64,000 bases of DNA, from the NCBI GenBank assembly GCA_963666285.1, contig OY762711.1; one strand, 5' to 3'. This document shows, piece after piece, positions 8,236-18,893 of this stretch. The notes beneath the pieces were generated by a model. It did no database searches. It had not been told where the DNA came from and was given only the letters and a program-made list of their open reading frames with translations. Source of the stretch: Sedimentisphaerales bacterium (GTDB lineage Bacteria > Planctomycetota > Phycisphaerae > Sedimentisphaerales > SM23-30). Position 1 is the stretch's first letter, and each line of letters opens with the position of its first letter. The position numbers were made by a program, and so were the translations under genes.

Positions 8236-9930
8236 ATGAAAGATATATTGAAAACAAGGTCCAGGCAGCTGAATCTAATAGGATTTAGTATTGGTATTGC
8301 AGCTTTAATTTTGCATCATGGGCTGAAACTGGAAATTTCAGGTTTTAGCGATCTGTTATATTTTTCCGAGTTTATAAGTTTTGCCATTCTTTTTTTAGCT
8401 CGCGCTGTATACAGGTCCGGGCAACCGGTAAAAAAAGATTTATCCTCAATAATTAAGCTATATGCACCGATATTGCCGGTGATGTTATTATTATTGCTTA
8501 GCATTTTTACTTTGATTAGCCGCCAGGTATTTTTATCCGGGTGTGAGATATACCTGGCAATAATTCTATTATTCCAGTTAGTAGTTTTCAGCTTCAAGTC
8601 CGGCGGCAATTTTGAGCAGCCGACCCAGGCGTTATTGGTAAGTTTTGTAGTGCTGATTGTTGGAGGGGCATCTGTTCTTATGCTGCCTGGCATGCACAAG
8701 TCCGACATGTCTTTTACGGATGCTGTTTTTACCGCAACCAGTGCGGTTTGTGTAACCGGTTTGGCGGTTTGTGATACTGCTAATGATTTCACATTTAGAG
8801 GCCAGTTATCAATACTGGGTCTTATCCAGCTTGGCGGTTTAGGTATAATGATCTATGGTGCCATGTTTTCTGTTTTACTGGGCAGTAGATTATCAATCAA
8901 GCAATCGGTAGCTTTGCGGGATATATTAAATGAACAGGGACACGGCGATATAGCGGGCAAGATAAAATTTATCTGCCTAGCAACATTTGTAATAGAATTT
9001 ATCGGTATGCTGTTGCTGTTAACAGTGCCGGCTGCCGGCTCAGAAGGATTACATAAAGTATTCTGGAGTGCTTTTCATTCAATAAGTGCATTTTGCAATG
9101 CCGGATTTTCACTGCAATCTGACAGCTTATGTCAATACAGGTCGTATTGGCAGACTTATTTTGTCATTTGTCCACTTATAATTCTGGGCGGATTAGGTTT
9201 TCCTGTTTTGGCTGATATGTTCAAGGTAAAGAATTTATATACCGGGGGAAGGTTCAGAATAAGTTTGCATAGTAAACTGGTTCTTTCAACTACGGCAGTA
9301 TTGCTTGTTGGCGGTACCCTGTTGCTGATGCTTTGTTCTGTGGAGAATGTAACAAAAGGTGAACAGAGTTCCTCTTTTATAGATAATCTGTTTAATTCTG
9401 TTACCTGCAGAACTGCCGGATTCAATACGGTAGATACAGGCAGGCTTTGCCCGGCGTATAAACTGGTCATGATAGGGCTTATGTGTATCGGTGGCAGTCC
9501 GGCATCTACTGCAGGCGGGATTAAAACGGTAGCGATAGCGATTATGTTTCTGACCATAATTTCTACCATTCGCAGTCATAATACTGTTGATGTGTACAAG
9601 AGAGAAATTTCCATGGCTATGGTTAAAAGGTCTCTTGTGCTGGTTGCCGTATATTGCCTGTTGTTATGGCTGGTGACATTCGGTCTGATATTTACAGAAA
9701 ACAGTCCCGAGTCAAACGCCCTGGATATGGCTTTTGAAGCAGCTTCTGCGATAGGAACTGTTGGTTTGAGTTGTGGGATAACCCCTGAATTATCGGTTCC
9801 CGGTAAATGGCTGATAATATTTTCAATGCTGGCAGGCAGGCTTGGCCCTCTCAGTTTACTGACTGCTATAACAATTAATTCAAGGAGAGCTCGTTTTGAA
9901 TATCCGAACGAACCTGTTATTATTGGATAG
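8236..9930 (+). CDS. ktrB: Trk/Ktr potassium uptake permease (TrkH/KtrB)
   Basis: SAVCVTGL, SAFCNAGF, TCRTAGF and SAIGTVGLS pore motifs; GGSPASTAGGIK. Confidence 0.92.
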   Translation: MKDILKTRSRQLNLIGFSIGIAALILHHGLKLEISGFSDLLYFSEFISFAILFLARAVYRSGQPVKKDLSSIIKLYAPILPVMLLLLLSIFTLISRQVFLSGCEIYLAIILLFQLVVFSFKSGGNFEQPTQALLVSFVVLIVGGASVLMLPGMHKSDMSFTDAVFTATSAVCVTGLAVCDTANDFTFRGQLSILGLIQLGGLGIMIYGAMFSVLLGSRLSIKQSVALRDILNEQGHGDIAGKIKFICLATFVIEFIGMLLLLTVPAAGSEGLHKVFWSAFHSISAFCNAGFSLQSDSLCQYRSYWQTYFVICPLIILGGLGFPVLADMFKVKNLYTGGRFRISLHSKLVLSTTAVLLVGGTLLLMLCSVENVTKGEQSSSFIDNLFNSVTCRTAGFNTVDTGRLCPAYKLVMIGLMCIGGSPASTAGGIKTVAIAIMFLTIISTIRSHNTVDVYKREISMAMVKRSLVLVAVYCLLLWLVTFGLIFTENSPESNALDMAFEAASAIGTVGLSCGITPELSVPGKWLIIFSMLAGRLGPLSLLTAITINSRRARFEYPNEPVIIG

Positions 9931-10014
9931 AATGTTGAAGTGTTGGCCTGGAATGTTAATGTAAAAGACTAAGTGTGGTAGTATATCGCACGATAAATAT
10001 GTACGAGGTGTAAG

Positions 10015-10671
10015 ATGAAAAAGAAAATAGCTGTATTAGGTCTAGGCCGTTTTGCCAGGCAGCTGGCAAGGCAGCTCTACAAGGAAGGTGCCGAAGTTAT
10101 AGCTGTTGACAAAGACCGGCGACGAATTGAAAATATCAGCGAAGCTGTTACAGTTGCTGTTGTTCTGGACTGTACGGACGAGCAGGCATTAAGATCTCAG
10201 GGAATTGATAAAGTCGATACTGCTGTTGTTGGTCTAAGGGAAAATTTTGAGGCTATGGTTATGACAACGGTTACCCTGAAGTCGATGGGTGTCGGGCAGA
10301 TTATCTGTCGTGCTGAGAGAGATATCCATGCCGGGATACTTCAGCGAATAGGTGCTGATGTTGTAATTTTGCCGGAAGATGAAGCAGCAATGCGATGGTC
10401 TTCAAGGCTGACGGCTCCGCATATAAAAGACCGGCTGGAGTTTGCACCCGGTTTCAGCCTGATTGAGTACGCGGCACCCAAATCATTTGACGGTTTCAGC
10501 CTGATTGAACTGGATTTGCGAAAAAAATACAATATTAACCTGATCGCACTTAACAGGAAAGATAAGAGTAAGGTAGTAAATGTACCGACGCCAGGAACAA
10601 AAATTTATGAAGGAGATGTTCTATGGCTGGTTGGTAATGATGAGGCGTTGAACAGTTTGCCTACTAAATAA
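10015..10671 (+). CDS. ktrA: Trk/Ktr NAD-binding regulatory subunit (TrkA/KtrA)
   Basis: AVLGLGRFA Rossmann motif; C-terminal RCK_C domain (LDLRKKYNINLIAL). Confidence 0.92.
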   Translation: MKKKIAVLGLGRFARQLARQLYKEGAEVIAVDKDRRRIENISEAVTVAVVLDCTDEQALRSQGIDKVDTAVVGLRENFEAMVMTTVTLKSMGVGQIICRAERDIHAGILQRIGADVVILPEDEAAMRWSSRLTAPHIKDRLEFAPGFSLIEYAAPKSFDGFSLIELDLRKKYNINLIALNRKDKSKVVNVPTPGTKIYEGDVLWLVGNDEALNSLPTK

Positions 10672-10705
10672 AAAACGCCTTTATAAAGATTAGTTTATAA
10701 AGGCG
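10670..10705. terminator. Hairpin between convergent ktrA and GH127
   Basis: CGCCTTTATAAA / TTTATAAAGGCG, with an A-tract on the left (U-tract on the - strand). Confidence 0.7.
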
Positions 10706-10745
10706 CCTTGAAATTTTGGCTTAGAAATTCAGCCAATGGTGTTGG

Positions 10746-13166
10746 TTAATTTACTTTCCATTCCTGGACTCCGCATGAAAAATGTTCCGGGAACTGGATT
10801 TCCAATCTTAAAGCATCGGTTTTCACCGGGATGAATGTTATTACATTGAGTTTGTCTTTTGCCGGGGTATACTCGGTGAAGTTGTCAACGGCTTTCCATT
10901 GGTCACCATCTTTGTATAGGATCTTCCACGACTTAGGCAACCTGCATTCTCCGGCACCGGTATCGTCAAACCAGTATACCGAGACACTGGATACTTCTTC
11001 TGTTTCCTTGAAATCATATTGCAGCCACTCAGTAGTGCCTTTACGCGGCCACCAATGGAAGAAACCTTTGCCGTGGTCATTTGAAGCGAGAGGTAAAAGC
11101 CCGTCCTTGACATAATTCAAATCACGCGGTCCGGCATATCCGCCGAAGTTAGATGTTGAGACTTTGCTTTCAGATGCTATCGTCGGCAATGGTACCGGGT
11201 TGCTTCTCTCTTCTGTATAAGGCAGCCAGACGGTCATTGGAGTTCTGCCTCTATGAGACCTGGCATAATACGGGATAGCCTGAAATTTTCTTTCAATATG
11301 TTTGAACTCGTCAGATCCTTCCTGGGCGTGCAGTTCAACAGCATTACCGCTGATTGTATTTATTCCGCCAAGTAAATCTGCGTTCCATTGTTTTGAAAGT
11401 TTCGCATCTTTTGCAAGCATCATGTTGATAACATTGTTGCCCTCAACATCTACTCCTTCGATACAATATATCAATGGTCCGCATTGAATAGCAGCTTTGC
11501 CAATATTTTCAGCAACTTTTTCATCGCAAAGAACACGCTTAATAGCCATAGGCAGATCCAGTTCCAGGATGTCTCCCTTTTTCCAGGTTCTATTAATGAC
11601 GGCATAGCCGTTTTCCAGCTTCATGGCTATTTCTTTGCCATTAACTTTTAAGTTTGGTCTTTCAGTTGATTTTTCAGTAAAGTCATATAATTTGGAAGAA
11701 TCAAATTCTCCGCGAGCCCAGTCTGGTATGCGAATCTTCAGACCGGCATTGCCGCCATTCAATTCAATTTTAATATTTCCATTCCATGGATATTCAGTAG
11801 TTTGTTTGATAGTAATATTTTTACCATTAACTTCAAAGTTTGATTCGCTGTTGGCAAATAGATTAACATATATCGAATCATTTTTTACTGCATAAACATA
11901 TCCTGGCACCGAAGCAATAAAACGACAGATATTACTTGGACAGCAGGCACAGCCGAACCACGGGCTTCTGTCATCGCCCTGTCTGCTTTCAAGCGGGTTT
12001 GGGTAAAAGAAACTCATGCCGTCTAAACCAACTCCGCTTAAAACATTATTGTATAAAGAACGTTCCATAACATCGATATACTTGGATTCGCCATGCAGCA
12101 GGAACATACGATGGTTCCAGTATACATTGGCAATAGCAGCACAGGTCTCACAATATGCGCTGGCATTTGGCAATTCATAATTATCGCCGTAGGCTTCACC
12201 GGAATGACGGGCGCCGCAACCGCCGGTAATATATAATTTCGTATCTGCAACATTTTTCCAGAGAGCGTCGATAGCTTTTAGGAAACCTTTATCACCGGTT
12301 AAGGCGGCGACATCAGCCATCGCACTGTACATATAGTTTGCCCGAACTGCGTGGCCGACAGCTTCGGTTTGCTCCAGGACAGATTCGTGAGACTGGTTAT
12401 ATTGGCTGCGATCCCTGGTTTTACCACGCTGGCTTAGAAACCATTTAGCCTGGTCCAGGTATTTTTCATTTCCGGTTGCACGGTAGAGTTTGGCCAGGCC
12501 AAGTTCTATCTCCTGGTGGCCGGGAATGCCCTGGTTTTTACCCGGACCGAAAACATCACAAATGAGATCTGCATTTTTTATTGCAATATCAAGGAATGTC
12601 TTTTTGCCCGTTGCGGTATAGTGAGCAACCGCCGCTTCATACATATGACCGCAGTTATAGAGTTCGTGAGAGCTGGGCAGATTGTCCCATCGTTCATTAA
12701 TATAGCAGCAGTTAAGATGATCCTGGGTAGTTAAAGCCTTAAGGGTCCAGGCGGTATAAAGGTATCCGTCATCTTCCTGGGCACCTGCAATATACGAGAT
12801 GAGTTCGTCCATATATTTATCAAGTTCAGGGTCGGGTTTTACCATGAGTGCATACGAGGCACCTTCAAGAACTTTATATACATCTGTGTCGTCAAAACCA
12901 AATTGCCCTCTGAAATTTGAATCAGTCAGTCCGGCGGCCGCTTTGAAATTTTCGACACGGCCGGTTTCTTCACATTTATCAAAAGCGAATGGGATGGTTT
13001 TAGTTCTATTTGTCTCTATCCTGTTTGACCAGAAAATATCGGTTACCTTAACCTTAGTGAATGGTATCGGCTGATAGTTGTAGTCTGAGTTTGCAGCTTT
13101 ACATTCTAAGGTAATAAGCAAGGCAAATGACGCTGCAAGTAAGGTAATAGTTTTGGCATTCAACAT
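10746..13166 (-). CDS. Secreted GH127 beta-L-arabinofuranosidase-like glycoside hydrolase with C-terminal discoidin-like domain
   Basis: Signal peptide; HELYNCGH, GHAVRA, YCETCAA and CACCPSN (Zn/Cys catalytic) motifs. Confidence 0.9.
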   Translation of the reverse strand: MLNAKTITLLAASFALLITLECKAANSDYNYQPIPFTKVKVTDIFWSNRIETNRTKTIPFAFDKCEETGRVENFKAAAGLTDSNFRGQFGFDDTDVYKVLEGASYALMVKPDPELDKYMDELISYIAGAQEDDGYLYTAWTLKALTTQDHLNCCYINERWDNLPSSHELYNCGHMYEAAVAHYTATGKKTFLDIAIKNADLICDVFGPGKNQGIPGHQEIELGLAKLYRATGNEKYLDQAKWFLSQRGKTRDRSQYNQSHESVLEQTEAVGHAVRANYMYSAMADVAALTGDKGFLKAIDALWKNVADTKLYITGGCGARHSGEAYGDNYELPNASAYCETCAAIANVYWNHRMFLLHGESKYIDVMERSLYNNVLSGVGLDGMSFFYPNPLESRQGDDRSPWFGCACCPSNICRFIASVPGYVYAVKNDSIYVNLFANSESNFEVNGKNITIKQTTEYPWNGNIKIELNGGNAGLKIRIPDWARGEFDSSKLYDFTEKSTERPNLKVNGKEIAMKLENGYAVINRTWKKGDILELDLPMAIKRVLCDEKVAENIGKAAIQCGPLIYCIEGVDVEGNNVINMMLAKDAKLSKQWNADLLGGINTISGNAVELHAQEGSDEFKHIERKFQAIPYYARSHRGRTPMTVWLPYTEERSNPVPLPTIASESKVSTSNFGGYAGPRDLNYVKDGLLPLASNDHGKGFFHWWPRKGTTEWLQYDFKETEEVSSVSVYWFDDTGAGECRLPKSWKILYKDGDQWKAVDNFTEYTPAKDKLNVITFIPVKTDALRLEIQFPEHFSCGVQEWKVN

Positions 13167-13271
13167 AAAGGGACCTCCGAAAATTAAGTATTGCTGGTTT
13201 TTCTATTAAAATATTCATTAATATGTTGTAAGAAAGAACTCATGATACACGTTTTTTATGTAATGCAAAAG

Positions 13272-13288
13272 GTGGAACATAGTTCCAC
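13272..13288. promoter_or_regulatory. Palindromic operator candidate upstream of GH127
   Basis: Perfect inverted repeat GTGGAAC-ATA-GTTCCAC ~105 nt upstream of the start codon. Confidence 0.45.
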
Positions 13289-13524
13289 AAGCCGACTTTG
13301 ATAGATATTTGGGTAAAATGGCTTATCTGAATTATTCTACTGGTAATAATTACTAAGGATAGTTCAATTTTAATGTTGCAATTTGATTAAATCTATAACA
13401 GTACTATACCTAATAGATTATATAGTATAAATACCATTTTGTGATATTAAGTATCCTTTTTGCGACACATCAAAACTATATGGGTAGATTGACAGATGTT
13501 TAAGTTAACACTGAATTTATAAAC

Positions 13525-13554
13525 AAAAAAGGCGAACTCGGTATGAATTCGCCT
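13525..13554 (-). terminator. Intrinsic terminator of the pyrophosphorylase gene
   Basis: AGGCGAA / TTCGCCT stem with an A6 tract. Confidence 0.65.
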
Positions 13555-13626
13555 AAATTTACATGTATAATTATGATTTATCCAAACTCTGTATATGCTG
13601 GATGATAAATACATAGAAGATTTGAT

Positions 13627-15057
13627 TTATCCCAGATATACTACATCATCAGGTTTTAATTCTCTGAGCTGAGCTTTTTTGCGAATTAGCTCTTCCTGGT
13701 CCAGGGCAAACAGTGGCGATATTTCGATCATGAGGTTCAGGCTGCCGTCTTTTTTACGCGGCACACTTATTCCGGCGGCTTCCATCCAGCGGGCAGCTTT
13801 CTCACTTTGCAGGTTTTGTGAGCTCTCCAGACTGTCAACACCGGAAGCGTTTTTAATAGGAGCAAATTCATCTTCTCTATAGATTTCGTATATGATAGAC
13901 TCGCTGGCAAGCGGCAGTCCGTCGAAAACAAAAGTTTCAAATTTAACACCGTTTGACTCTTCCGGCTGGGTTAGATTTCCATCTGTATTGATGTATGGAA
14001 TCTTCTTAACAGCTTTATGCCATGGCAGAGAAAAACCTTTGCTATTGATTCTTTCGATAAAAGTTCGGCTGATAACATGGATTGCGATACTGCCCTCTTC
14101 AAATATCAGTTTTCCTTTTTCATCGGTCTTGCGTGCCAGTTCTTCCGGCAGGTCAGAATATTCTATTACAGTAACTTTTCCATCAGCAACGGTAAAGTTA
14201 CCTACTTTTTCCATAGGATCGCATTTTTTTACCGACTTACTTGACATTTCAGCACTGTCAATAGAATGGAGGCCGATAAACATAGGGTCTACCAGAGCGA
14301 CCAGAGGGTTATCAACCTGGAAGTAGCTTATGTATTCAACGCCGCGCTTCTGCATATCTTCGACAGCACCGCTAACGTAAAGAGCACGGAGTGAACCGCC
14401 GTGACCGTCAGGGCTGGTAGCGAGTTTCCCTTTTTCTTCGAGGAAAATCTTACCTTGAAAATCAAAGCAAGGCATTGTGCCCTGTGGAAACATGATTACA
14501 TCTTTTTTATTAAGTCCGAAATAGTTATTATCTTCGAATGCTTTTACTGTGTCTGCGTGATTTATAGGGCTGGTCATAATGTACCATGGAATAGTACAGT
14601 TAAATCTTCGCTCGTTGGCTAGAATCGTTTCCGCAAAAACCTGGAATAGTGGTTTATTTTTTACCGGGGTGGCAGGGACATTTCCTTTGGGGCCGTTAAA
14701 GTTCAGCCTGGTTCCCATGCCGCCGGCAACAGTAAAACACGCCACTTTATTCTCAGCTATGGCACGTTCACCTGATGCCAGGGCTTTTTCGTATTTATCT
14801 TTCATGTCGTCTGGTGCGATGCGTGGATAAACAAAAGGAGGAAGGATCTCCGCTGGAAGCTTGAGCTCACAATCTCCCTTAATATATTTCTCTATCAGGT
14901 CATTGAGCAGGTCAAAGTCCAGGTTTTCTATCTGCTCGATAAGGCTTTGTTTCTGGTCCTGTTCAAGTTGATCTATATATTTCAAAAGATGCTGCTGGCC
15001 ATTTGCTTCCAGAAGTTTTTGAGCTGCAATTATTCTCTGTTTCAGTGTCTGAGCCAT
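13627..15057 (-). CDS. UDPGP type 1 family UDP-N-acetylhexosamine pyrophosphorylase
   Basis: AGGMGTRLNFNGPKG, SPDGHGG, QVDNPL, KFETFVFD and EFAPIKNA motifs. Confidence 0.9.
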   Translation of the reverse strand: MAQTLKQRIIAAQKLLEANGQQHLLKYIDQLEQDQKQSLIEQIENLDFDLLNDLIEKYIKGDCELKLPAEILPPFVYPRIAPDDMKDKYEKALASGERAIAENKVACFTVAGGMGTRLNFNGPKGNVPATPVKNKPLFQVFAETILANERRFNCTIPWYIMTSPINHADTVKAFEDNNYFGLNKKDVIMFPQGTMPCFDFQGKIFLEEKGKLATSPDGHGGSLRALYVSGAVEDMQKRGVEYISYFQVDNPLVALVDPMFIGLHSIDSAEMSSKSVKKCDPMEKVGNFTVADGKVTVIEYSDLPEELARKTDEKGKLIFEEGSIAIHVISRTFIERINSKGFSLPWHKAVKKIPYINTDGNLTQPEESNGVKFETFVFDGLPLASESIIYEIYREDEFAPIKNASGVDSLESSQNLQSEKAARWMEAAGISVPRKKDGSLNLMIEISPLFALDQEELIRKKAQLRELKPDDVVYLG

Positions 15058-15317
15058 ATTATTCCTCTATTTTGTTTTATATTCTTGTTTAACAGTGGTT
15101 TATACAAGGATTCAATGCTTTACTATTGGGTATAGTATCCATTGGCGTGTATATAAACATTACCATTATAATATGACCTATTGGATAGGTAAAGTTGTTT
15201 TTTGTAGGGTCCTGTGCGTTATATGGTTATTTTTAATCCGGTTATTTAGTCCCTTTACTTTGTGATATTTTGCTGGTAATATCTTAGGATTCGACAGTGT
15301 ATATCAGGAGCTCTATA

Positions 15318-16337
15318 TTGAATAGTGTAACTCAAAAACCAATAATTGGCATTACAATTGGCGACCCGGCAGGCATTGGCCCTGAGATAGTCGTTAAGGC
15401 TTTGCTGGATAGTGACTTAAGGTCGATGGCACATTATGTCATTTTCGGTCTGGGTGAGCTTATGGATTATACTGCGGATCAAATTGAGGAAAATATCTTC
15501 TGGTCCCGAATTCAGCATGAGGATATTTGTAATAATTTTGGAAACAATGTAGTACTGGCAGATTATGATGAGATTGATTTTCGGTTAAAAAGATATCGGG
15601 AACCGGGGAAAGTTGCAGGTGCTGCATCATTCAAATTTGTTGAAGATGCTATAGGATTTGCCCGTTCAGGCATTCTTGATGCCGTAGTTACCGCTCCGAT
15701 TTGTAAAGAGTCTTGGAAAATGGCCGGAATAAAGAATTTTCCTGGTCATACCGAATTGCTGGCAGACAGATGTTATGCCAAACGATATGCAATGATGTTT
15801 GCCGGGGGGCCGTTCAGGGTTACTCTGGCAACAATCCATGAAGGATTGTTTTCTCTTCGTCATAAATTAAATATAGGCAAAGTGTTTGATCCGATAGACC
15901 TGACACATCAGGCACTTCAGCGTTATTTCGGAATTGCCAGGCCTAAAATTGCTGTTGCCGGCTTGAACCCGCATGCCGGTGAGAATGGGATGTTTGGTGA
16001 TGAGGAACACAGGGTTATTGACCCTGCAATAGTAATGGCGAGAGATCATGGTATCAATGTTGACGGGCCGTTTCCTGCCGACACTCTTTTTCATAGTGCG
16101 CTAGACGGCAGATATGATGCCATAATAGCAATGTATCATGACCAGGGTCTAATACCGGTCAAAATGCTTGCCTTTGATAAAGCTGTTAACGTAACACTTG
16201 GCCTGGATATAATCCGGACTTCGCCAGACCATGGTGTTGCTTTTGATATAGCAGGAAAAAACGCTGCCCGGCCGGACTCGATGAAAGAAGCGATTAAACT
16301 TGCCTGTCACATGGCAAAGTGTAAGGCAAAAGACTAA
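15318..16337 (+). CDS. pdxA: 4-hydroxythreonine-4-phosphate dehydrogenase PdxA
   Basis: GDPAGIGPE, GLNPHAGE, AMYHDQG and RTSPDHG motifs; start placed at TTG 15318, 7 nt after AGGAG. Confidence 0.93.
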   Translation: MNSVTQKPIIGITIGDPAGIGPEIVVKALLDSDLRSMAHYVIFGLGELMDYTADQIEENIFWSRIQHEDICNNFGNNVVLADYDEIDFRLKRYREPGKVAGAASFKFVEDAIGFARSGILDAVVTAPICKESWKMAGIKNFPGHTELLADRCYAKRYAMMFAGGPFRVTLATIHEGLFSLRHKLNIGKVFDPIDLTHQALQRYFGIARPKIAVAGLNPHAGENGMFGDEEHRVIDPAIVMARDHGINVDGPFPADTLFHSALDGRYDAIIAMYHDQGLIPVKMLAFDKAVNVTLGLDIIRTSPDHGVAFDIAGKNAARPDSMKEAIKLACHMAKCKAKD

Positions 16338-16451
16338 GTGTTGTATTGTAGCCATATCAGTTAAAAATGCTCGTTCGGGCATGGCATAAATCATTTACAT
16401 TATTGTTATTTTTACTTCCAAGCAATATGGGAAATCATATATTGTATATAA

Positions 16452-18488
16452 CTAAACCTGAGATGTCGGAAGTTTGACAATAAAAGAAGCGCCATTTCCG
16501 GGCTCGCTGGAAAAAGTAATATTGCCGTTGTGTTTTTCCACTATTTGTTTGACGATATCCAGTCCTATTCCACTTCCAACTCCGGCAGGTTTGGTTGTAA
16601 ACAGAGGTTCAAATATCTTATTCTGGATTTCTTCCGGGATACCGCAGCCGCTATCAGATATTGTTACACAAATATTATTGTCAATTAACCTGGAGCTTAT
16701 TTCCATGGTGCCGTTTTCATTCATAGCATGAATAGCATTTTGTACCAGGTTAGTCCAAACCTGATTAAGTTCGTGCGGGTAGCATTTTATTGATGGCAGT
16801 TCCTGCAGGTCAAGTTTAAGCTCGATTCCGTGCCTGATTTTGTTGCCGAATAATGTCAGGACTGTTTGGATTGTATGGTTAATATCTGTATTGATTTTGT
16901 CTCCAGAATTGCCTCCGTGTACGTAATCTTTTAATGCAGATACAATTTTCTGGGTTTTTTCTGTGCCTTCTTCAATTATTGATTGTCCTTGCCAGATAAG
17001 GGATATTGTATGTGCAAGGTCAAGCAGTTCCATGCCGTATTCTGAGTTTAGCAGGGGAATATATTTTTCATAATCATCGGTAATGCCGATATCTATTAGT
17101 TTGTAAATAATTACAGGGATATCGCCGTATACTTTTTGGCTTAGAGTTTCCTGCATCTGCTTCTTTATTTCTCTTTTTTTACTGCTGCTTATAAACTGAT
17201 TGTCTTTGGCTGTTTCCCTAAGAAGCTCTAAAGCCAGTCCGTCATTTTTATCGAAATATTTAGAAGCAACAGGAAGGGTATCTATTACAGATTGAAGTGT
17301 ATTTTTTAGTATGGTATTAGAATTAATAATTGCGCCTAGCGGGTTATTAATTTCATGTGCAACACTGGCCAGCAGCATGCCAAGCGCTGCCATTTTTTCA
17401 GACTGTATAATTTGTGACTGTGATTTTTTTAATTTGTTATACGTTTCCTGCAGCCTGATATTCTTTTCTTCGAGCTCGACGGTTCTTTCATTTACCATGG
17501 ATTGTAGTTCGTCTGTATATTGCTGAATTTGCTTTTCATAGTTTTTCTGTTCTGTTATATCTGAAACTACCCCGGTAACACCGATTTGATTCTGGTTAAC
17601 ATCAAAACGAGGATGCAGGGTTATGATGGCCGGAAAGATTTCACCATTCTTTCTTATCATTTCAAACTCGCCGACAAATATACCCTTCTCTGATTTCGTA
17701 TCATCCTGCATCTGCTGAAACTTTTTCACATCGGTAGGTTTATGTAAAATTGAGACTTTTCTACCGATCACTTCATCTCTTTTATAGCCAAACATTCTTT
17801 CCGCACCAGAGTTAAAATCTAAAATTTTTGTATCAGGCCCTTCCATATTTGCCGGGATAACGGCTATGCTGCTGACAGATTGGTAGATGGCTCGCAGGTG
17901 GTTTTCTCTATCTTCTAATTTTTGCAGATCAATCTTTTTTTTGTCTTCATAAGTTTTAATGGTTTTGAAAATAGCAAATGCTAATAGTATAAATGCTACG
18001 ACAAAGCATATCTGCATCTGGTGGAATTTTCCCATGGTCGATTTTATTTTTGCTTTTAATAATTTCTCGATTTCCTCTGATCGGCTATAAAATTCCCAGA
18101 ACAATTTATCAAGTTCAAAGTCAATTTTTCTTTCAATGTTATAATTGTCTTTTTGTTGGATTCTCTCATTAGTGATATTTATGATATTGTTTAGTTCTTT
18201 GTTTAATAATTCTAATTTTTGACGTAATAACGGATCTGAAGCCGGTTTAATTGTGGTGTTTTCATTTTTACCACCGTTGAGCATGGCCTGGTTATACCAG
18301 TGAGCTTTATCCAGGTATTCCAGAACATTCTCAATTGAAGCATTTTCATCACCAATATAATGTTCTTCCAGCCATAAATGTGCCTGGCTGCTATGAAGTT
18401 GTATTTTGATTATTGCATCAGTAAGGGGAGAGTAATTTGTGGCAATGGTATATCCGATATACATGAAAACGAACATTATCCCTATCAT
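16452..18488 (-). CDS. Membrane PAS-domain sensor histidine kinase (NtrB-like); true start possibly ~18584
   Basis: PAS (FNSGAERMFGYKRDEVIGR), H-box EKMAALGMLLASVAHEINNP, N-box NLVQNAIHA, G-boxes DSGCGI and GSGIGL. Confidence 0.9.
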   Translation of the reverse strand: MIGIMFVFMYIGYTIATNYSPLTDAIIKIQLHSSQAHLWLEEHYIGDENASIENVLEYLDKAHWYNQAMLNGGKNENTTIKPASDPLLRQKLELLNKELNNIINITNERIQQKDNYNIERKIDFELDKLFWEFYSRSEEIEKLLKAKIKSTMGKFHQMQICFVVAFILLAFAIFKTIKTYEDKKKIDLQKLEDRENHLRAIYQSVSSIAVIPANMEGPDTKILDFNSGAERMFGYKRDEVIGRKVSILHKPTDVKKFQQMQDDTKSEKGIFVGEFEMIRKNGEIFPAIITLHPRFDVNQNQIGVTGVVSDITEQKNYEKQIQQYTDELQSMVNERTVELEEKNIRLQETYNKLKKSQSQIIQSEKMAALGMLLASVAHEINNPLGAIINSNTILKNTLQSVIDTLPVASKYFDKNDGLALELLRETAKDNQFISSSKKREIKKQMQETLSQKVYGDIPVIIYKLIDIGITDDYEKYIPLLNSEYGMELLDLAHTISLIWQGQSIIEEGTEKTQKIVSALKDYVHGGNSGDKINTDINHTIQTVLTLFGNKIRHGIELKLDLQELPSIKCYPHELNQVWTNLVQNAIHAMNENGTMEISSRLIDNNICVTISDSGCGIPEEIQNKIFEPLFTTKPAGVGSGIGLDIVKQIVEKHNGNITFSSEPGNGASFIVKLPTSQV

Positions 18489-18893
18489 AGCTATCGTAGT
18501 TGCAACAACTATAACGTAGACTTTTCCGGGAGAATTTTTGGCGACTTGTCTCCGGCTGTTAGTTTGTTTTGTTGTTGTATTGATAATATTACCTGTAAAG
18601 TTTCCTATTGGAAACTTGGATATTGGTTACAGCTAAATTACATACAATAAAATTTTATATTGTTCATCTGCTCTTGAAAAGTAATATTTTATGGATAATT
18701 TTATATTTTTGGATTATAAAAAGAATATTAATTATCGTCATAATTAGTAAAAATGCATAACACTAAGTATAGTAGGCTAACGATCTGTTTTAAGAGAAGG
18801 CAAAACCAAATGGTATTATTTGGTTATAAAATATTTACAATAATGCTTTTATAGAAAATAGGCATGTTAGCTTAGTTAGGAAAGGTTGTTTAG

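Noticed and set aside
13272..13288. Gram-positive-type LexA box
   Set aside because: Spacing is GAAC-N3-GTTC rather than N4, and it precedes a glycosidase gene.
13627..15057. Eukaryote-like pyrophosphorylase as evidence of recent transfer from eukaryotes
   Set aside because: The UDPGP type 1 family is already known in bacteria, including PVC members, and the composition matches neighbouring core genes.
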